Source: Squalus acanthias
Lineage: Eukaryota
Assembly (NCBI GenBank): GCA_030390025.1
Contig: CM059431.1
Coordinates: 124,126,001 to 124,190,000 of the forward strand
Length of the DNA stretch: 64,000 nt
Reading direction: 5' to 3'
Made by a program: the position numbers and the translations under genes. Below are positions 63,880-64,000 of the stretch, piece after piece; the stretch's first letter is position 1, and each line of letters starts with the position of its first letter. The notes beneath the pieces were generated by a model, which made no database searches, was not told the origin of the DNA, and saw only the letters and a list, made by a program, of their open reading frames with translations.

Positions 63880-64000
63880 TGTAGGGGGTGGTGTTTTTGT
63901 GTCAGTTTTACTCTGACTTCTGAGCGGTTCGAATCGCTCCCGCTCCCTTGGTTCTAGACCTTGGACTTATTTGGGGGTTGTGATACAAAAGGTGCAGCAG
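63880..64000 (-). mobile_element. Solo LTR copy 3 (truncated by window end)
   Basis: GGAT|TGTAGGGGGTGG junction and the same preceding monomer variants. Confidence 0.85.

Larger units (their letters stand above)
50529..64000. repeat. 35/37-bp satellite (CCATTACTGCATGGTCTGGATGGTGCAGACTCTCT[CT])n
   Basis: Hundreds of tandem monomers, interrupted by three LTR copies; last monomers end at ~63879. Confidence 0.97.

Noticed and set aside
50482..63957. Long overlapping ORFs (up to 483 aa) of MVWMVQTLSPLLHGLDGADSLSITAWSGWCR repeats
   Set aside because: The consensus monomer lacks plus-strand stops, so all three frames open by chance. The 35/37-bp units shift frame constantly, which argues against coding.

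Overview
Eukaryotic, gene-poor window made almost entirely of repeats. It is most likely from a cartilaginous fish (shark), inferred from an HE1/V-SINE-like element, SacSINE-like heads and shark-type L2/CR1/Penelope sequence. No intact host protein-coding gene is visible. Bases 1-50.1 kb are a nested transposon graveyard. It holds at least five decayed copies of one PIF/Harbinger family (a DDE transposase convergent with a three-exon Myb/SANT + coiled-coil gene), related deletion derivatives and MITEs, and L2 and CR1 LINE fragments. It also holds two solo LTRs, a Mag-type Gypsy element with very short LTRs and a tRNA-Ser PBS inserted in a Harbinger, and a Penelope-like element with ~830-bp inverted arms carrying minimal hammerhead-ribozyme motifs. 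Bases 50.5-64 kb are a 35/37-bp satellite with higher-order duplications. A single 1.7-kb solo-LTR insertion (GGAT TSD) appears three times in it with the same flanks, so it was co-amplified with the satellite. All coordinates were read by eye, and family names are by recognition, not database search.
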